DNA of 64,000 nt, from contig JAPDFW010000089.1 in assembly GCA_028826165.1 (NCBI GenBank), positions 240,032 to 304,031 on the forward strand, given 5' to 3'. A program made the position numbers and the translations under genes. The stretch comes from Anaeramoeba ignava BMAN (taxonomy: Eukaryota; Protista; Anaeramoebae). The notes below the pieces were generated by a model that was not told where the DNA came from, searched no databases, and saw only the letters and a list, made by a program, of their open reading frames with translations. This document shows positions 1-14,780 of this stretch, in pieces. Positions within the stretch are counted from its first letter, which is position 1, and each line of letters opens with the position of its first letter.

Positions 1-2465
1 TTCAATTTCATTTTGATTTTCAATTTCATTTTCATTTTCATTTTCAATTTCGATTGTAAGTTGTTTTTTGTTTTTATTTTGATTTTGATTTTGATTTTGA
101 TTTTGATTTTCAATTTCATTTTGATTTTGATTTTCATTTTCAATTTCATTTTGATTTTCAATTTCATTTTCAATTTCGATTGTAAGTTGATTATTTTCAT
201 TTTGATTTTTATTTTGATTTTGATTTTCAATTTGATTTTGATTTTCAATTTGATTTTCATTTTCAATTTCATTTTCAATTTGGTTTTCAAATTTAATTTC
301 ATTCACAAATTGATCTCGATCCTCTTTATTTAATATTGATTTTGTACTTTGAATTGATAATGATCTTTTTGGTCTTATTGGTATTTGTGATTCATCTTTA
401 TTATCATTTTTATTAAATTCTGGATCAATTAATTTTTTAATTGCATTTGTTGGATCTTGTTGATTATCAAAAGATCGGTGAGATTTATTTGAAATACTAC
501 TATTTCGTTTTATTGGTGTATTTTCAAATGATTTATGTTTCTTTTCTTTTATCGTTGAAAGAATTTCAACTTTAGTATTAATAGGTTGATTTTCTTGCTT
601 TTTTTTTTGTTCTTTAATTTTTCGAATTTGTTCCAATATTTTCTGTTTTTTGTCAAATTCTTCACTTTTTAATTCATATATTGTTTCCTTTGGATTTTCT
701 TGTTGATTATTATTCTTTAAACTTTCGCGAATTTTTTTAAGAAGTTTGTTTTTTTCTAATTCTTTTTGTTTTTCAATATCACTTTCACTTTCATTTTGAT
801 TTTTATTTCCTTTTTTTTTAAATCGATCTCTTATTGATTGAAGAAGTTTTTGTTTCTCAAATTCTTTTTCATCTTGTTTTTTTTGTTCTAATTCTTTTTG
901 TTCCAATTCTTTTTGTTCTAATTCTTTTTGTTCTAATTCTTGAATTTTTTGCATTTCCCTTATTTTTTCTAATTCTTTTTCTTGTTCCTCTTTTTGTCTT
1001 TCTAATTCTTTTATTTTTTCCATTTCTTTTTGTATTTCCAATTCTTTTTGTCTTTCTAATTCTTTTATTTTTTCCATTTCTCTTTGTTTTTCTAATTCTT
1101 TTTGTTTGATTAAATTTTCGGTTTCAATTTCTTTTTGTTTGACTTTATCTCTTATTGATTGAAGAAGTTTTTGTCTTTGCAATTCTTTTTGCTTTTGCAA
1201 TTCTAATTCTTTTTGTTTTTGCAATTCAAATTCTTTTTGTTTGTCAATTTCTTTTTGTTTAACTCGATCTCTTATTGATTGAAGAAGTTTTTCTTTTTGT
1301 AATTCTTTTTGTTTTTTCGATTCCAATTCTTTTTCCAATTCTAATTGTTTTTGTTTTTCCAATTCAAATTCTAATTGTTTTTGTCTTTCCAATTCTATTT
1401 GTTTTTGTTTTTGTTTTTCAAATTCTAATTGTTTTTGTTTTTGTCTTTCAAATTCTATTTGTTTTTGTTTTTCAAATTCTAATTGTTTTTGTTTTTTTTT
1501 CAAATTCTAATTGTTTTTGTTTTTGTTTTTCAAATTCTAATTGTTTTTGTTTTTGTCTTTCAAATTCTAATTGTTTTTGTTTTTCAAATTCTAATTCTAA
1601 TTGTTTTTGTCTTTCAAATTCTAATTGTTTTTGTTTTTCAAATTCTAATTGTTTTTGTTTTTGTTTTTCAAATTCTAATTGTTTTTGTTTTTGTTTTTCA
1701 AATTCTAATTGTTTTTGTTTTTGTTTTTCAAATTCTAATTGTTTTTGTTTTCAAATTCTAATTGTTTTTGTTTTTCAAATTCTAATTGTTTTTCTTCAAT
1801 TCCCAAATTTAAATTAACAGGATTTTTCCATAAAAAAATTTCAGCAATAAATTGAATAGTTTTTTCTTCATTTCCCTTTTAAAAACAAAATAAATTTAAA
1901 AAAAGCAAAATAAATTTAAAAGAATTTTATAAAGAAAAAATTCTAAAAAGAAAATAACTTACATTTACAATATCTTTTGCTTCTGGAAATTTTCCTTTAA
2001 AACCATTATTTGAAAGTATTTCAATTAAACATTTTGCTCTTTCTAAATCATCGAAATGCAAGTAAATATTCATTAAATCAATATCAGGAAAAAGTGAAGA
2101 AATCAAATCTACAAAAAGAGTTGAATTCTAATTGATATTTATTAAAAAAAAAGAAGAAAATTTTAAATGAAAAAAATCATAAAAAAATTTTTTTTTTTTT
2201 TTGAATTTAAAAAGAGGAAAAATTCAAATCAAAAAATTCTCAATAAATAAATTTTAGAAAATTATTTCCAAACCTTAAAATCTTCATTAAAATTTTCAAA
2301 ATTTGAACCTAAACCTGAAACTTCTATTGTTTTATTGATCCAAATTCTAAGAAGATCTAGATCACTTTTTTTACTTGTTTCATTTTTTTGAATATTTTTT
2401 ATTATTGAATGTTGTGCTATTTTTTGAAGTATTGATTTTGTTTCAAATGAAAAAGAATTTGCCAT
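1..2465 (-). CDS. Calponin-homology (CH) domain protein with long EKQKQLE-type coiled-coil repeats; 3' end runs off the window
   Basis: Exons 2465-2274, 2127-1963 and 1875-<1, joined by GT-AG introns in phase. Product LLRIWINK...FENFNEDFK|NSTLFVDLIS...AKDIVN|GNEEKTIQFIAEIF matches the CH consensus (LLxWvN, F..DFkdg..l..LI, DIV.Gnek). It is followed by EKQKQLEF repeats. Confidence 0.65.
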
Positions 2466-2563
2466 TTTTCAAATTTAAAAAAAAAAATAAATTCAAAACA
2501 AAAAAAATGAAAAAAAATGAAAAATAAAAATGAAAAATTTAATTTATTTTTTTTTTTTTGCTT

Positions 2564-3988
2564 TTATTTTTTTGAATTTAAAAATTGAATTACTTTTCTT
2601 TTTGTAAATCCATTTTCAATATTTGATAAAATTAAATCAAAATCAGAAAAAAGTTGTTTATGATTTTGCATTAATTTAACAACTTGAAAAATCAAACGAA
2701 TAAAATTTGGTGAATTTCTTGAAATTTTATTTTCCGTTTGAAGCTTTAAAGCAATAACAACTGATCTGCTTTGATCAAAATTATCAAACCAAGAAGAATT
2801 GCCTTTTCTTAAAAGATCTAAAACAATAGAATAAATATTTTCAGACCAAAAAGATTGATTAAGTGATCTTGTTTTCCGAATTATCCCCCAAAAAAATTCC
2901 AATCTTTTTGGATCATCCAAAATTTCTTCTAAAATTCTATTTAGCAATCCAAAAACAAATTCATTGAGAGAAACATTTGGATCTATTAAAGGAATAAGCA
3001 ATCCATCAAGTAGTGTTTTTGGATCAGACTCAAAAATCATTTTAATTGTCTCAATAATCCAACTTGAGGCTGGTTGATTTAATCCCAATATTTTCTTCAG
3101 AAAAATCTCTTGAACAATTTTTACAGAACGTAAATATCCAATGTTGTTTGAGAGATAATTTTGTGTGAAATGAAACCAAAAAATATCGTGAAATTCTTCC
3201 ATTTTTTGTTTTTGCATTGTTTCTAATATTTTTGATAATGAAAGTGATTTATTTTGTAATATTTCCAAAATATTTTGGAAATCTACATTTTGAATTGAGA
3301 AATTAAGATCTTGATTCTGAAAAATTTGGTATAAATTAATCAAAGATATTTCCAATTTGTTTGCAAAAATATTTTCATTTTCATCAATTTGATTTTGATT
3401 TTGATTTTGATTTTGATTTTGATTTTCTATTTCAATTTCATTTTCTATTTGAATTTGAATTTGAATTTGATTTTGATTTTGATTTTCTATTTCTATTTCA
3501 ATTTCATTTTCTATTTGATTTTCATTTTGATTTTCATTTTCAATTTCATTTTCATTTTCATTTTCATTTTCATTTTGATTTTGATTTTGATTTTGATTTT
3601 CAGAATCCCAATCAGAAATACAAAAAAACCAAAGATTATCAATTAATTCTAAAACCCATTTTTTATGAAGATCATCCATTTCATTTGAATTATCAAAAGA
3701 TCCAAAATTTGATTTATAAATGAAAATTAAATCAAAAAGAAGTTTTTTATCAATTTCATCAATAAATAGATTTAATAAAGAAAGAAATTTTTGTTGAATT
3801 TGAAAAGGAAAAGAAAGTATTCTAATGGAAATTGATAATAAATTTTCATTTGGAATTTGAATTTTTTCAATTAAGAATTTAATTATTTCATTAATTGAAA
3901 TTTTTGATAATTTAAATTGTTGATAAATTTCAAAAAAACTAAGATTTCTTTCTAAAAAGAGAATAATAAAATTTTGACAAGAATTCAT
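2564..3988 (-). CDS. FANCE: Fanconi anemia group E (FANCE)-like protein with internal NQ/EN low-complexity tract
   Basis: 474-aa single-exon ORF. The C-terminal segments IFLKKILGLNQPASSWII...LLDGLLIPLI, FWSENIYSIVLDLL, NSPNFIRLIFQVV and NGFTKRKV resemble the FANCE C-terminal domain (LFLGRILSLTSSASRLL...LLDPVL, WKEETFLVLQSLL, SMAYAKLMLTVM, TTFLRKS), as recalled. Confidence 0.6.
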   Translation of the reverse strand: MNSCQNFIILFLERNLSFFEIYQQFKLSKISINEIIKFLIEKIQIPNENLLSISIRILSFPFQIQQKFLSLLNLFIDEIDKKLLFDLIFIYKSNFGSFDNSNEMDDLHKKWVLELIDNLWFFCISDWDSENQNQNQNQNENENENENEIENENQNENQIENEIEIEIENQNQNQIQIQIQIENEIEIENQNQNQNQNQNQIDENENIFANKLEISLINLYQIFQNQDLNFSIQNVDFQNILEILQNKSLSLSKILETMQKQKMEEFHDIFWFHFTQNYLSNNIGYLRSVKIVQEIFLKKILGLNQPASSWIIETIKMIFESDPKTLLDGLLIPLIDPNVSLNEFVFGLLNRILEEILDDPKRLEFFWGIIRKTRSLNQSFWSENIYSIVLDLLRKGNSSWFDNFDQSRSVVIALKLQTENKISRNSPNFIRLIFQVVKLMQNHKQLFSDFDLILSNIENGFTKRKVIQFLNSKK

Positions 3989-4101
3989 TTTAAAAATGAA
4001 AAATGAAAAAAATGAAAAAAAATGAAAAAAAATTTTTCACAATAAAAAAAAATAAATTTCCGATTTTCTTTTCTTTTCTTTTGAAATCAAATTATTGGAA
4101 A

Positions 4102-6315
4102 TTAATAAATTTTTGAGTCAATAAACTCCAAATTTTCAAAATTTTCAATCCAAGAAAAATTTGTATCAATTTGTAAAGGAAGAAATTTAGATGTTGAATC
4201 AACAATATCTTTCAATTTTAATTTTTCAAAAATTTCTTTTCGATTTTCCAATTTTAGTTTTTTCCATTCTTTTAATTTTTGGATTAATATTGAATCAAAT
4301 TGAATAACATCACTTCTAAATGAATTTTTTTGTTGAATTAATTTAGAAATATAATATTTTAATGCAGTTTGTTTTCTGACAAAATTTTTAGAGAAAAATT
4401 CTTCCATTTCTTGAATTTGAGTTTGAAGTATTTTTTGAGTTTTAGAATCAGTTTTTATTGTTATTATTTTCTTTAAATTTTTAATTGATAGAAAAACTTT
4501 ATCCAATAATTCAAAAGTATAAATATCCAAAAAAGGCAAGAATTCAAAATTAGGTTTTGGTTTTTGTTTCAATTTTTTTGTTTAATGGTTTTTTAAACTG
4601 TGGATTTTGGATTTTAATAGTTTCAAAAAGGTTAATTTGACCATTTTGTTTTGGTTCTTTTTTTTTTAGAATTTTAAAATATTTAGATTTAATTTTAATT
4701 TTAATTTTAATTTTAAATTTACTTTTAATTTACTTGAAATAGTTTGTTGTTGTATATTTTTGTTGAATTTTTGAATTTGTGTATTTTTATTTGGAATAAA
4801 AAATTCAGGTTGAATTATTGATGTTTTATCAATTTCAAAAGAAAGTTCTTCTAAAGAAGAAAAATCTCCACTTTCTGTTATAACACTTGAAGAAGTTGAG
4901 AAAGTAAGACTATTTGGATGAAAAGGTTTTTTGGTCATTTTATGAGTAGTTGGAGTAATCGAAAACATAATATAATATTGTTTCTTGACTATAAAAACTG
5001 AACCCTTTATATTTATAATTATAATTAGATTTATATTTATATTTATATTTATATTTATATTTATATTTATATTTATATTTATATTTATTTAGATTTAGAT
5101 TTAGATTTATATTTATATTTATATTTATATTTATATTTATATTTATATTTATATTTATATTTAGATTTAGATTTAGATTTATATTTTATTTATATTTTAT
5201 ATTTATATTTATATTTTAGATTTAGATTTATATTTTATATTTATATTTATATTTATATTTATATTTATATTTATATTTATATTTATATTTATATTTATAT
5301 TTTATATTTATAATTTATATTTATAATTTATATTTATATTTATTATATTTATATTTATATTTTAGATTTGTTTATTTTATATTTATATTTATATTTATAT
5401 TTATATTTATATTTATATTTATATTTATATTTATATTGATATTTATATTTATATTTATATTTATATTTATATTTTATATTTTATATTTATATTTATATTT
5501 ATATTTATATTTATATTTATATTTATATTTATATTTATATTTATATTTATTTATATTTATATTTATATTTATATTTATATTTAGATTTATATTTATATTT
5601 ATATTTATATTTATATTTATATTTATATTTATATTTATATTTAGATTTATATTTATATTTAGATTTAGATTTATATTTATATTTAGATTTATATTTAGAT
5701 TTATATTTATATTTATATTTATATTTATATTTAGATTTAGATTTATATTTATATTTATATTTAGATTTATATTTATTTTTATTTTTATATTTATATTTAT
5801 ATTTAGATTTAGATTTATATTTATTTTTATTTTTATATTTATATTTATATTTATATTTATATTTAGATTTAGATTTATTTAAATATTTATTTACACAAAT
5901 TTCCACAGAAACAACTTCATTATGAGAATCTTTTAATTGGAAAGGAAATCTTGAAAATAACACATTTTGAGATTTTTGAGAATTTCTAATTAAAAAAAAA
6001 TAAAAAAAATATTTAATTAAAAAAAAAATTGGAATTTAAAATTTATTACTCAATTAAAGATCCAATTAATAAAGCAATTGCATGAGGTGAAAGAACACCC
6101 ATTCGTTCTTGAAATAATGGGCAGAAGTCAATTAAACTATGTTCTAATAATTCATTTGGTTGAGTAAATCCAAGAATATTAAGAATTGAACGATTAAATT
6201 CTATTAAAGATCCTTTTTGATTCAAAATTAGAATTGGTTCTGCTGTATTTTGAATTGCTTTCCGATAAAAATCTTCCATTTTTCTGGAAATAAATTTTGA
6301 AGAAGGAACTCCCAT
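4102..6315 (-). CDS. PAS-domain protein with predicted N-myristoylation motif; 4 exons, one apparent frameshift near 4575
   Basis: Exons 6315-6050, 5985-5895, 5004-4734 and 4656-4102 with GT-AG introns. Product MGVPSSK...[51 protein letters not shown] is a typical PAS N-terminal half. An A7 run at 4573-4579 breaks the last exon's frame. Confidence 0.7.
5005..5894. repeat. (TATATT)n / (TAGATT)n microsatellite filling intron 2 of the PAS gene
   Basis: Tandem hexamer array bounded by minus-strand GT (5894) and AG (5005). Confidence 0.9.
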
Positions 6316-6344
6316 TTTACAAACAATAAACAAAAAATAAAAAT

Positions 6345-6965
6345 GAAAAAAATGAAAATGAAAAAAAATAATTTTTTTTTTGATTGTTTTTTTTTTCTCA
6401 AAATAAATCCAAAAAATAAATAAACATTTACAAAACATTTATAAATAAAAAATTTATAAAAAAATAATCAAAAAAATAAATTAAGATTTAAAAAAATGAA
6501 AAAGAAAAAAAAAATTTTTTTTGATTGTTTTTTTTTTCTCAAAATAAATCCAAAAAACAAATAAATATTTACAAAACATTTACAAATAAACATTTACAAA
6601 TAAACATTTACAAAAAAATAATCAAAAAAATAATCAAAAATATAAATAAAGATTTAAAAAAATGAAAAAGAAAAAAAATTTTTTTTTTGATTGTTTTTTT
6701 TTTCTCAAAATAAATCCAAAAAACAAATAAATATTTATAAAACATTTACAAATAAACATTTACAAATAAACATTTACAAAAAAATAATCAAAAAAATAAT
6801 CAAAAATATAAATTAAGATTTAAAAAAATAAAAAAGAAAAAAAATTTTTTTTTTGATTGTTTTTTTTTTCTCAAAATAAATCCAAAAAATAAATAAACAT
6901 TTACAAAACATTTACAAAACATTTATAAAACATTTATAAAACATTTATAAATAAATAATCAAAAA
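6345..6965. repeat. Tandem duplication, about four imperfect copies of a ~140-170 bp unit, in the divergent PAS/NAR1 intergenic region
   Basis: The core TTGATTG(T)nCTCAAAATAAATCCAAAAAA recurs at ~6380, ~6521, ~6687 and ~6853, with variable AAACATTTAC sub-repeats. Confidence 0.85.
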
Positions 6966-6997
6966 AATTTTTTCATTTTTTTTTCATTTTTTTTTAG
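6965..6997 (+). promoter_or_regulatory. Representative tandem (T)nCA(T)n initiator-like element just upstream of the NAR1 ATG
   Basis: TTTTTTCATTTTTTTTCATTTTT directly precedes the ATG. The same pattern precedes most start codons in the window. Confidence 0.5.
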
Positions 6998-9611
6998 ATG
7001 ACTCAACCAAAATTTTCTAGTGGTTTAATAATTACAGATTTAAATGATTTCATTGCTCCAACTCAAGAATGTGTAAAACCAATAGTAGAAGTTGAAGAAA
7101 ATACAAAAGACAATAAATCAGCAAAAATATCTTTAAGTTTAGAAAAAGAAAATGAAAATGAAAAAGAAAATGAAAATGAAATTGAAATTGAAAAAAAACC
7201 AACAATAACAAAATATAAAAGAGTTCAAGTTTCATTAAAAGATTGTTTAGCTTGTAGTGGATGTATAACTTCTGCAGAAACAATATTAATTTCACAACAA
7301 GGATTTCAAGAATTTATTTCTCATTTTCAACAAAATGATCAAGAAATTATTGGTTGGTTTTATAATTAAATTTATCAACAATTTCAATTCAAAATTTATA
7401 ATTAAATTTATAAACAAATTTATAATTATATTTATAATATTTATAATTATATTTATAATTATATTTATAATTAAATTTATAATTAAATTTATAAACAAAT
7501 TTATAATTAAATTTATAATAAAATTTATAATTAAATTTATAATTATATTTATAATTAAATTTATAATTAAATTTATAATTAAATTTATAATTATATTTAT
7601 AATTATATTTATAATTATATTTATAATTATATTTATAATTAAATTTATAATTAAATTTTATAATTAAATTTATAATTAAATTTATAATTATATTTATAAC
7701 AAAATTTATAATTATATTTATAATTAAATTTATAATTAAATTTATAATTAAATTTATAATTAAATTTATAATTAAATTTATAATTAAATTTATAATTAAA
7801 TTTATAATTAAATTTATAATTAAATTTATAAATAAATTTATAATTAAATTTATAATTAAATTTATAATTAAATTTATAATTAAATTTATAATTAAATTTA
7901 TAAACAAATTTATAATTAAATTTATAATTAAATTTATAATTAAATTTATAAACAAATTTATAATTAAATTTATAATTAAATTTATAATTAAATTTATAAT
8001 TAAATTTATAATTAAATTTATAATTACCAGTTTTATTATCTCCTCAATCAAGAGCTTCTCTTGCTTCAATTTATGATATTGATTCTTCTAAAGTACATAA
8101 TTTAATTTATTGGATTTTTAATAAATATGGAAAAGCTTATGTTTATGATACTTATTTTGGATGGGAAATTTATTTAATGGAAATTATAAATGAATTTATA
8201 TCAAAATTTAGAAAAGAAAACAAAAGGAAACCTTTATTAGTTTCAACTTGTCCTGGTAATAATTAGTTTATTTTTTTCTTTATGAAGACAAAAAAAAGAA
8301 AACTAAACTTTTTTTCCTTTTTTGATATTTAGGTTGGGTTTGTTATGCTGAAAAAACTTATCCTGATCTTTTAATTCCTTTAATGAGTACAGTAAAATCT
8401 CCTCATATGTTAATGGGGTTTTTATTTAAACAATATATTTCTAAAATTCAAAAGAAAGAACCAAAAGATTATTATGTTGTTTCTATTATGCCTTGGTATT
8501 TATTGATATAAAAGAATACTTATACTTATTACAAAATCAAAATCAAAATCAAAATCAAAATCAAAATTAAATTCAAAATCAAATTCAAAATTAAATTCAA
8601 AATTAAAATCAAAATTAAAATCAAAATTAAATTCAAAATTAAATTCAAAAATTAAATTAAAATCAAAATCAAAATCAAAATTAAATTCAAAATTAAATTC
8701 AAAATCAAATTCAAAATTAAAATCAATATCAATATTTAAATTCAAAATCAAATTCAAAATTAAATTCAAAATCAAATTCAAAATCAAATTCAAAATTAAA
8801 TTCAAAATTAAAATTAATATTAAAATCAATATTTAAATCAATATTAAAAATAAGTTATGACAAGAAATTAGAAGTTAGTAGAGAAGATTTTTATGATTCA
8901 AAAACTAATATCAAAGATGTTGATTCTGTTTTAACAACATCAGAAGTTCAAGATTTTCTAACAGAATATCAAGAAGAAATAACAAACCTAAAATTTTTAG
9001 AAGAAAAATCAATGGAAAATCTAAAAGAATTTAATACTATTAATGAAGAAAACAAAAAAATATATGGAAGAAAAGATAAGGGATCAGGAGGAATAACTGA
9101 ATATTTATTCCGTAAATTAGCAGAGAAAATATTCAATTATCCAAAAGAAAAAATTCCTGAAATTTCATTTAAAAATTTAAGAAATTCTGATTTTAGAATT
9201 GCAACTCTTCAAGATTTTAAAAACCCAGAAAATAAAATCCAATTTGCTCAAGTTTATGGATTTCAAAACATTCAAAATTTGGTTCGCAAAATAAAAATGA
9301 ACCAATGCAATTATGATATTGTTGAAATTATGGCTTGTCCTTTTGGTTGTTTAAATGGTGGCGGACAAGCAAAAGTATCAGAAAAATATTTGGAATTGAA
9401 TCAAATTTCCAAAATGAAATTTTTTGAAAAAATCCAAAAAAATTATTTCAATGATTTCCAGTTTGTAGAAAGAGATCCTGAAGATAATAAAGAAGCTTTG
9501 AAAATTTATCATGATTTTTTTCTTCCATTAAAAGAAAAGAGATTAAATACAGAGTATCATAATAGAAAAGAAAATACAACAGAAAATGCAGGTTTAACAA
9601 CTAATTGGTGA
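6998..9611 (+). CDS. NAR1: Cytosolic Fe-S cluster assembly factor NAR1/NARFL (CIAO3), hydrogenase-like; 4 exons
   Basis: Exons 6998-7352, 8031-8255, 8333-8495 and 8855-9611. Motifs DLNDFIAPTQECVKP, VSLKDCLACSGCITSAE, LSPQSRAS, STCPGWVCYAEK, IMPCYDKKLE, YGFQNIQNLVRK, EIMACPFGCLNGGGQ and a C-terminal Trp. Confidence 0.95.
7353..8030. repeat. 12-bp minisatellite (ATAATTAAATTT)n filling NAR1 intron 1
   Basis: Tandem array with ATAAACAAATTT and ATAATTATATTT variants between GT 7353 and AG 8030. Confidence 0.9.
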
Positions 9612-9746
9612 AAAAAAAAAGAAATGAATAAAAAATTTAAATCAAAAAAAAAAAAACAATAAAGTAATAAAAAAGAAAAAGTGGAATAAAAAAATTTTTT
9701 TCAATCAAAATTCTTTTTTCATTTTTTTCTTTCATTTTTTTTTAAA

Positions 9747-11955
<2,209 letters not shown>

Positions 11956-12131
11956 AAGATTTTTTTTGTTCCACTTTTTTTTTTTTTAATAATTTTTTAT
12001 TATTAATTCAAATTAAAAAAAAAATTAAAAAAAAAAATTAAAAAGTTAAATGAATGAAAAAAAAATTTTTTTATTTTGAAAAAAAAAAATATATTTCTGA
12101 TTCTGATTCTGATTCTGTCTCATTTTTTTCT

Positions 12132-14303
12132 TCATAAAATTAAACAATTTTCTTTTTTAGAATTTGCAATTTTCCTTTTTAATCCAGAAGAAATTGAAGA
12201 ACGGAAAAGATTATCTATATTTTCAAGAGATAAAGAAGAAATTTCTTGATAATCAATAGCACCAAGTTCTTTTGCTAATTTTGTTCCTTCTTCTTTTGTA
12301 ATTGGTTCAATTTCATGATCTTGAAGATAATTTGGATCATTTCGAAGATCTATTTTGGTTCCAATAAGAACAATTGGAGTTTGAAGATCTTTTTTCCGAA
12401 TTTCTTGAAACCACTAATTTTTAATTAAAAAATTATTTAAAAAATTTAATTTCCAAATTTATTTTAAAACTTGATTTAAAATTTGATTCAATATTTAATT
12501 CAATATTTAATTCAATATTTAATTTAATATTTAATATTTAATTTATAACTTGATTTAATATTTAATATTTAATTTAATAACTTGATTTAATATTTAATAT
12601 TTAATTTAAAAACTTGATTTAATATTTAATATTTAATTTAATAACTTGATTTAATAACTTGACTTTATAACTTGATTTAATATTTAATATTTAATTTAAA
12701 AACTTGATTTAATAACTTGATTTAATAACTTGATTTAATAATTTAAAAACTTGATTTAATAACTTGATTTAATAACTTGATTTAATAACTTGATTTAATA
12801 ACTTGATTTAATAACTTGATTTAATATTTAATTTAAAAACTTGATTTAAAAACTTGATTTAATAAATTTGATTTATTTAAATTTGATTTAATATTTAATT
12901 TAAAAATTTTCAATTTAATAACTTGATTTAATAATTAAAACTTGATTTAATAATTTAATTTAACTTGATTTAATTTAATAACTTGATTTAATATTTTGAT
13001 TTAATAATTTAATTTAATAAAACTTGATTTAATAATTTAAATTTAATTTATAAACTTGATTGATTTAATGATTTAATAACTTGGATTTAATATTTAATGA
13101 TTTAATGATTAATGATTTTAATGATTTAAATGATTTAATGATTTAATGATTTAACTTGATTTTAATGATTTAAATTGATTTAAATGATTTAATGATTTAA
13201 TGATTTTGATTTAATAACTTGATTTTAACTTGATTTAATAACTTGATTTAATAATGATTTAATAACTTGATTTAATTTTTTATAACTTGATTTAATAACT
13301 TGATTTAATAACTTGATTTAATAATCTTGATTTAATAATTTGATTTAATAACTTGATTTAATATTTAATATAATAATTTGATTTTATAACTTGATTTAAT
13401 AATTTGATTTAATAACTTGATTTAATAATTTGATTTCATAATAATTTGATTTAATAACTTTAATTTAATGATTTAATAATTTGATTTAATAATTTAATAT
13501 TTTGATTTCAATAACTTGATTTAATAATTTAATAACTTGATTTAATAACTTGATTTAATAACTTGATTTAATAACTTGATTTAATGATTTAATAACTTGA
13601 TTTAATGATTTAATAACTTGATTTAATGATTTAATAACTTGATTTAATAATTTAATAACTTGATTTAATATTTTGATTTAATAACTTGATTTAATAACTT
13701 GATTTAATAACTTGATTTAATATTTTGATTTAAAAACTTGATTTAATAACTTGATTTAATAACTTGATTTAATGATTTAATAACTTGATTTAATGATTTA
13801 ATAACTTGATTTAATGATTTTATAACTTGATTTAATGATTTAATGATTTAATGATTTAAAAAGTTGATTTTTTTTACCTTGGTTTTAATATTTTCAAAAG
13901 AATCTCTATCAACAGTTGAAAACATAATTAAAAAAACATCCACATTCAGATCATTAGAATCCAATTCATTTAAATGCTCTTTACCACCTAATTTAATTTT
14001 AATTTAATTTAATTTTAATTTAATTTTAATTTAAATTTAATTTTTAAAAATAAAAAAAGATCAAAAAAGAAAAAAGGAATCTTATTGAAAAATTTTTTCT
14101 TTTTTTTTTTCTTTTTTTTTACTGTAATCAAAAAGACTTAAAATAGCTTCTGTTTTATCATTTGAAACGTCAACATCTATTTTTTCACAAGTCATTGGAA
14201 TATCATTTTTAGGGAATTCTTTTTGAGAATAAACCATTAAAGCAGTAGTTTTTCCAACTGATTTATCTCCTATTATTACACAATTAATTTTTGAAGTTGT
14301 CAT
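12132..14303 (-). CDS. Rho/Rac-family small GTPase with atypical G-motifs and CAAX (CLIL); 3 exons
   Basis: Exons 14303-14123, 13987-13878 and 12413-12132. Product INCVIIGDKSVGKT...LSLFDYSGKE...VDVFLIMFSTVDRDSFENIKTK|WFQEI...TPIVLIGTKIDLR (Rho insert)...ISSLS...ENCLIL*. Confidence 0.85.
12414..13877. repeat. 14-bp minisatellite (TAATAACTTGATTT)n filling intron 2 of the Rho gene
   Basis: Degenerate tandem array between minus-strand GT 13877 and AG 12414. Confidence 0.85.
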
Positions 14304-14780
14304 TTTTGTTTTATTATTTTTTTTTTTTGATTGGAAATTTAAAATTCAAAAAACCAAAAAAAAAATAAAACACTAAAATTTATCAATTAAAAAAAAAATT
14401 GAAAAAAAAAAATTCAAAAAAAAGAAGAAGAAGAAAAAAAGAAAAGTGGAAAATAAAAAAAAATGAAAAAAAAAATAATAAAAAAAAAATATAAATCAAA
14501 TATCATCATTCTTAAAAAATTAAAAATAATAAAAAAAACTTATTAATTTTTTTAAATTATTACTAATATAACGTCATCATAAATAAAAATATTTAATAAA
14601 AAAAATAAAAAATTTTAGAATTAAATTAAATTAAGAAAAGTAAATAAAATTTCTTAAAAATTATAATTTAAAAAAGAAAAATTAAATTACTAATTATTAT
14701 TAATTATTATTTTAAATAAAAATTTTTTTTCATTTTTTTTCTTTTTCATTTTTTTTCTTTTTCATTTAATTTTTATTAAA

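Noticed and set aside
6345-6965. CRISPR-like repeat-spacer appearance
   Set aside because: The intervening sequences are themselves homologous, there are no cas genes, and the context is eukaryotic.
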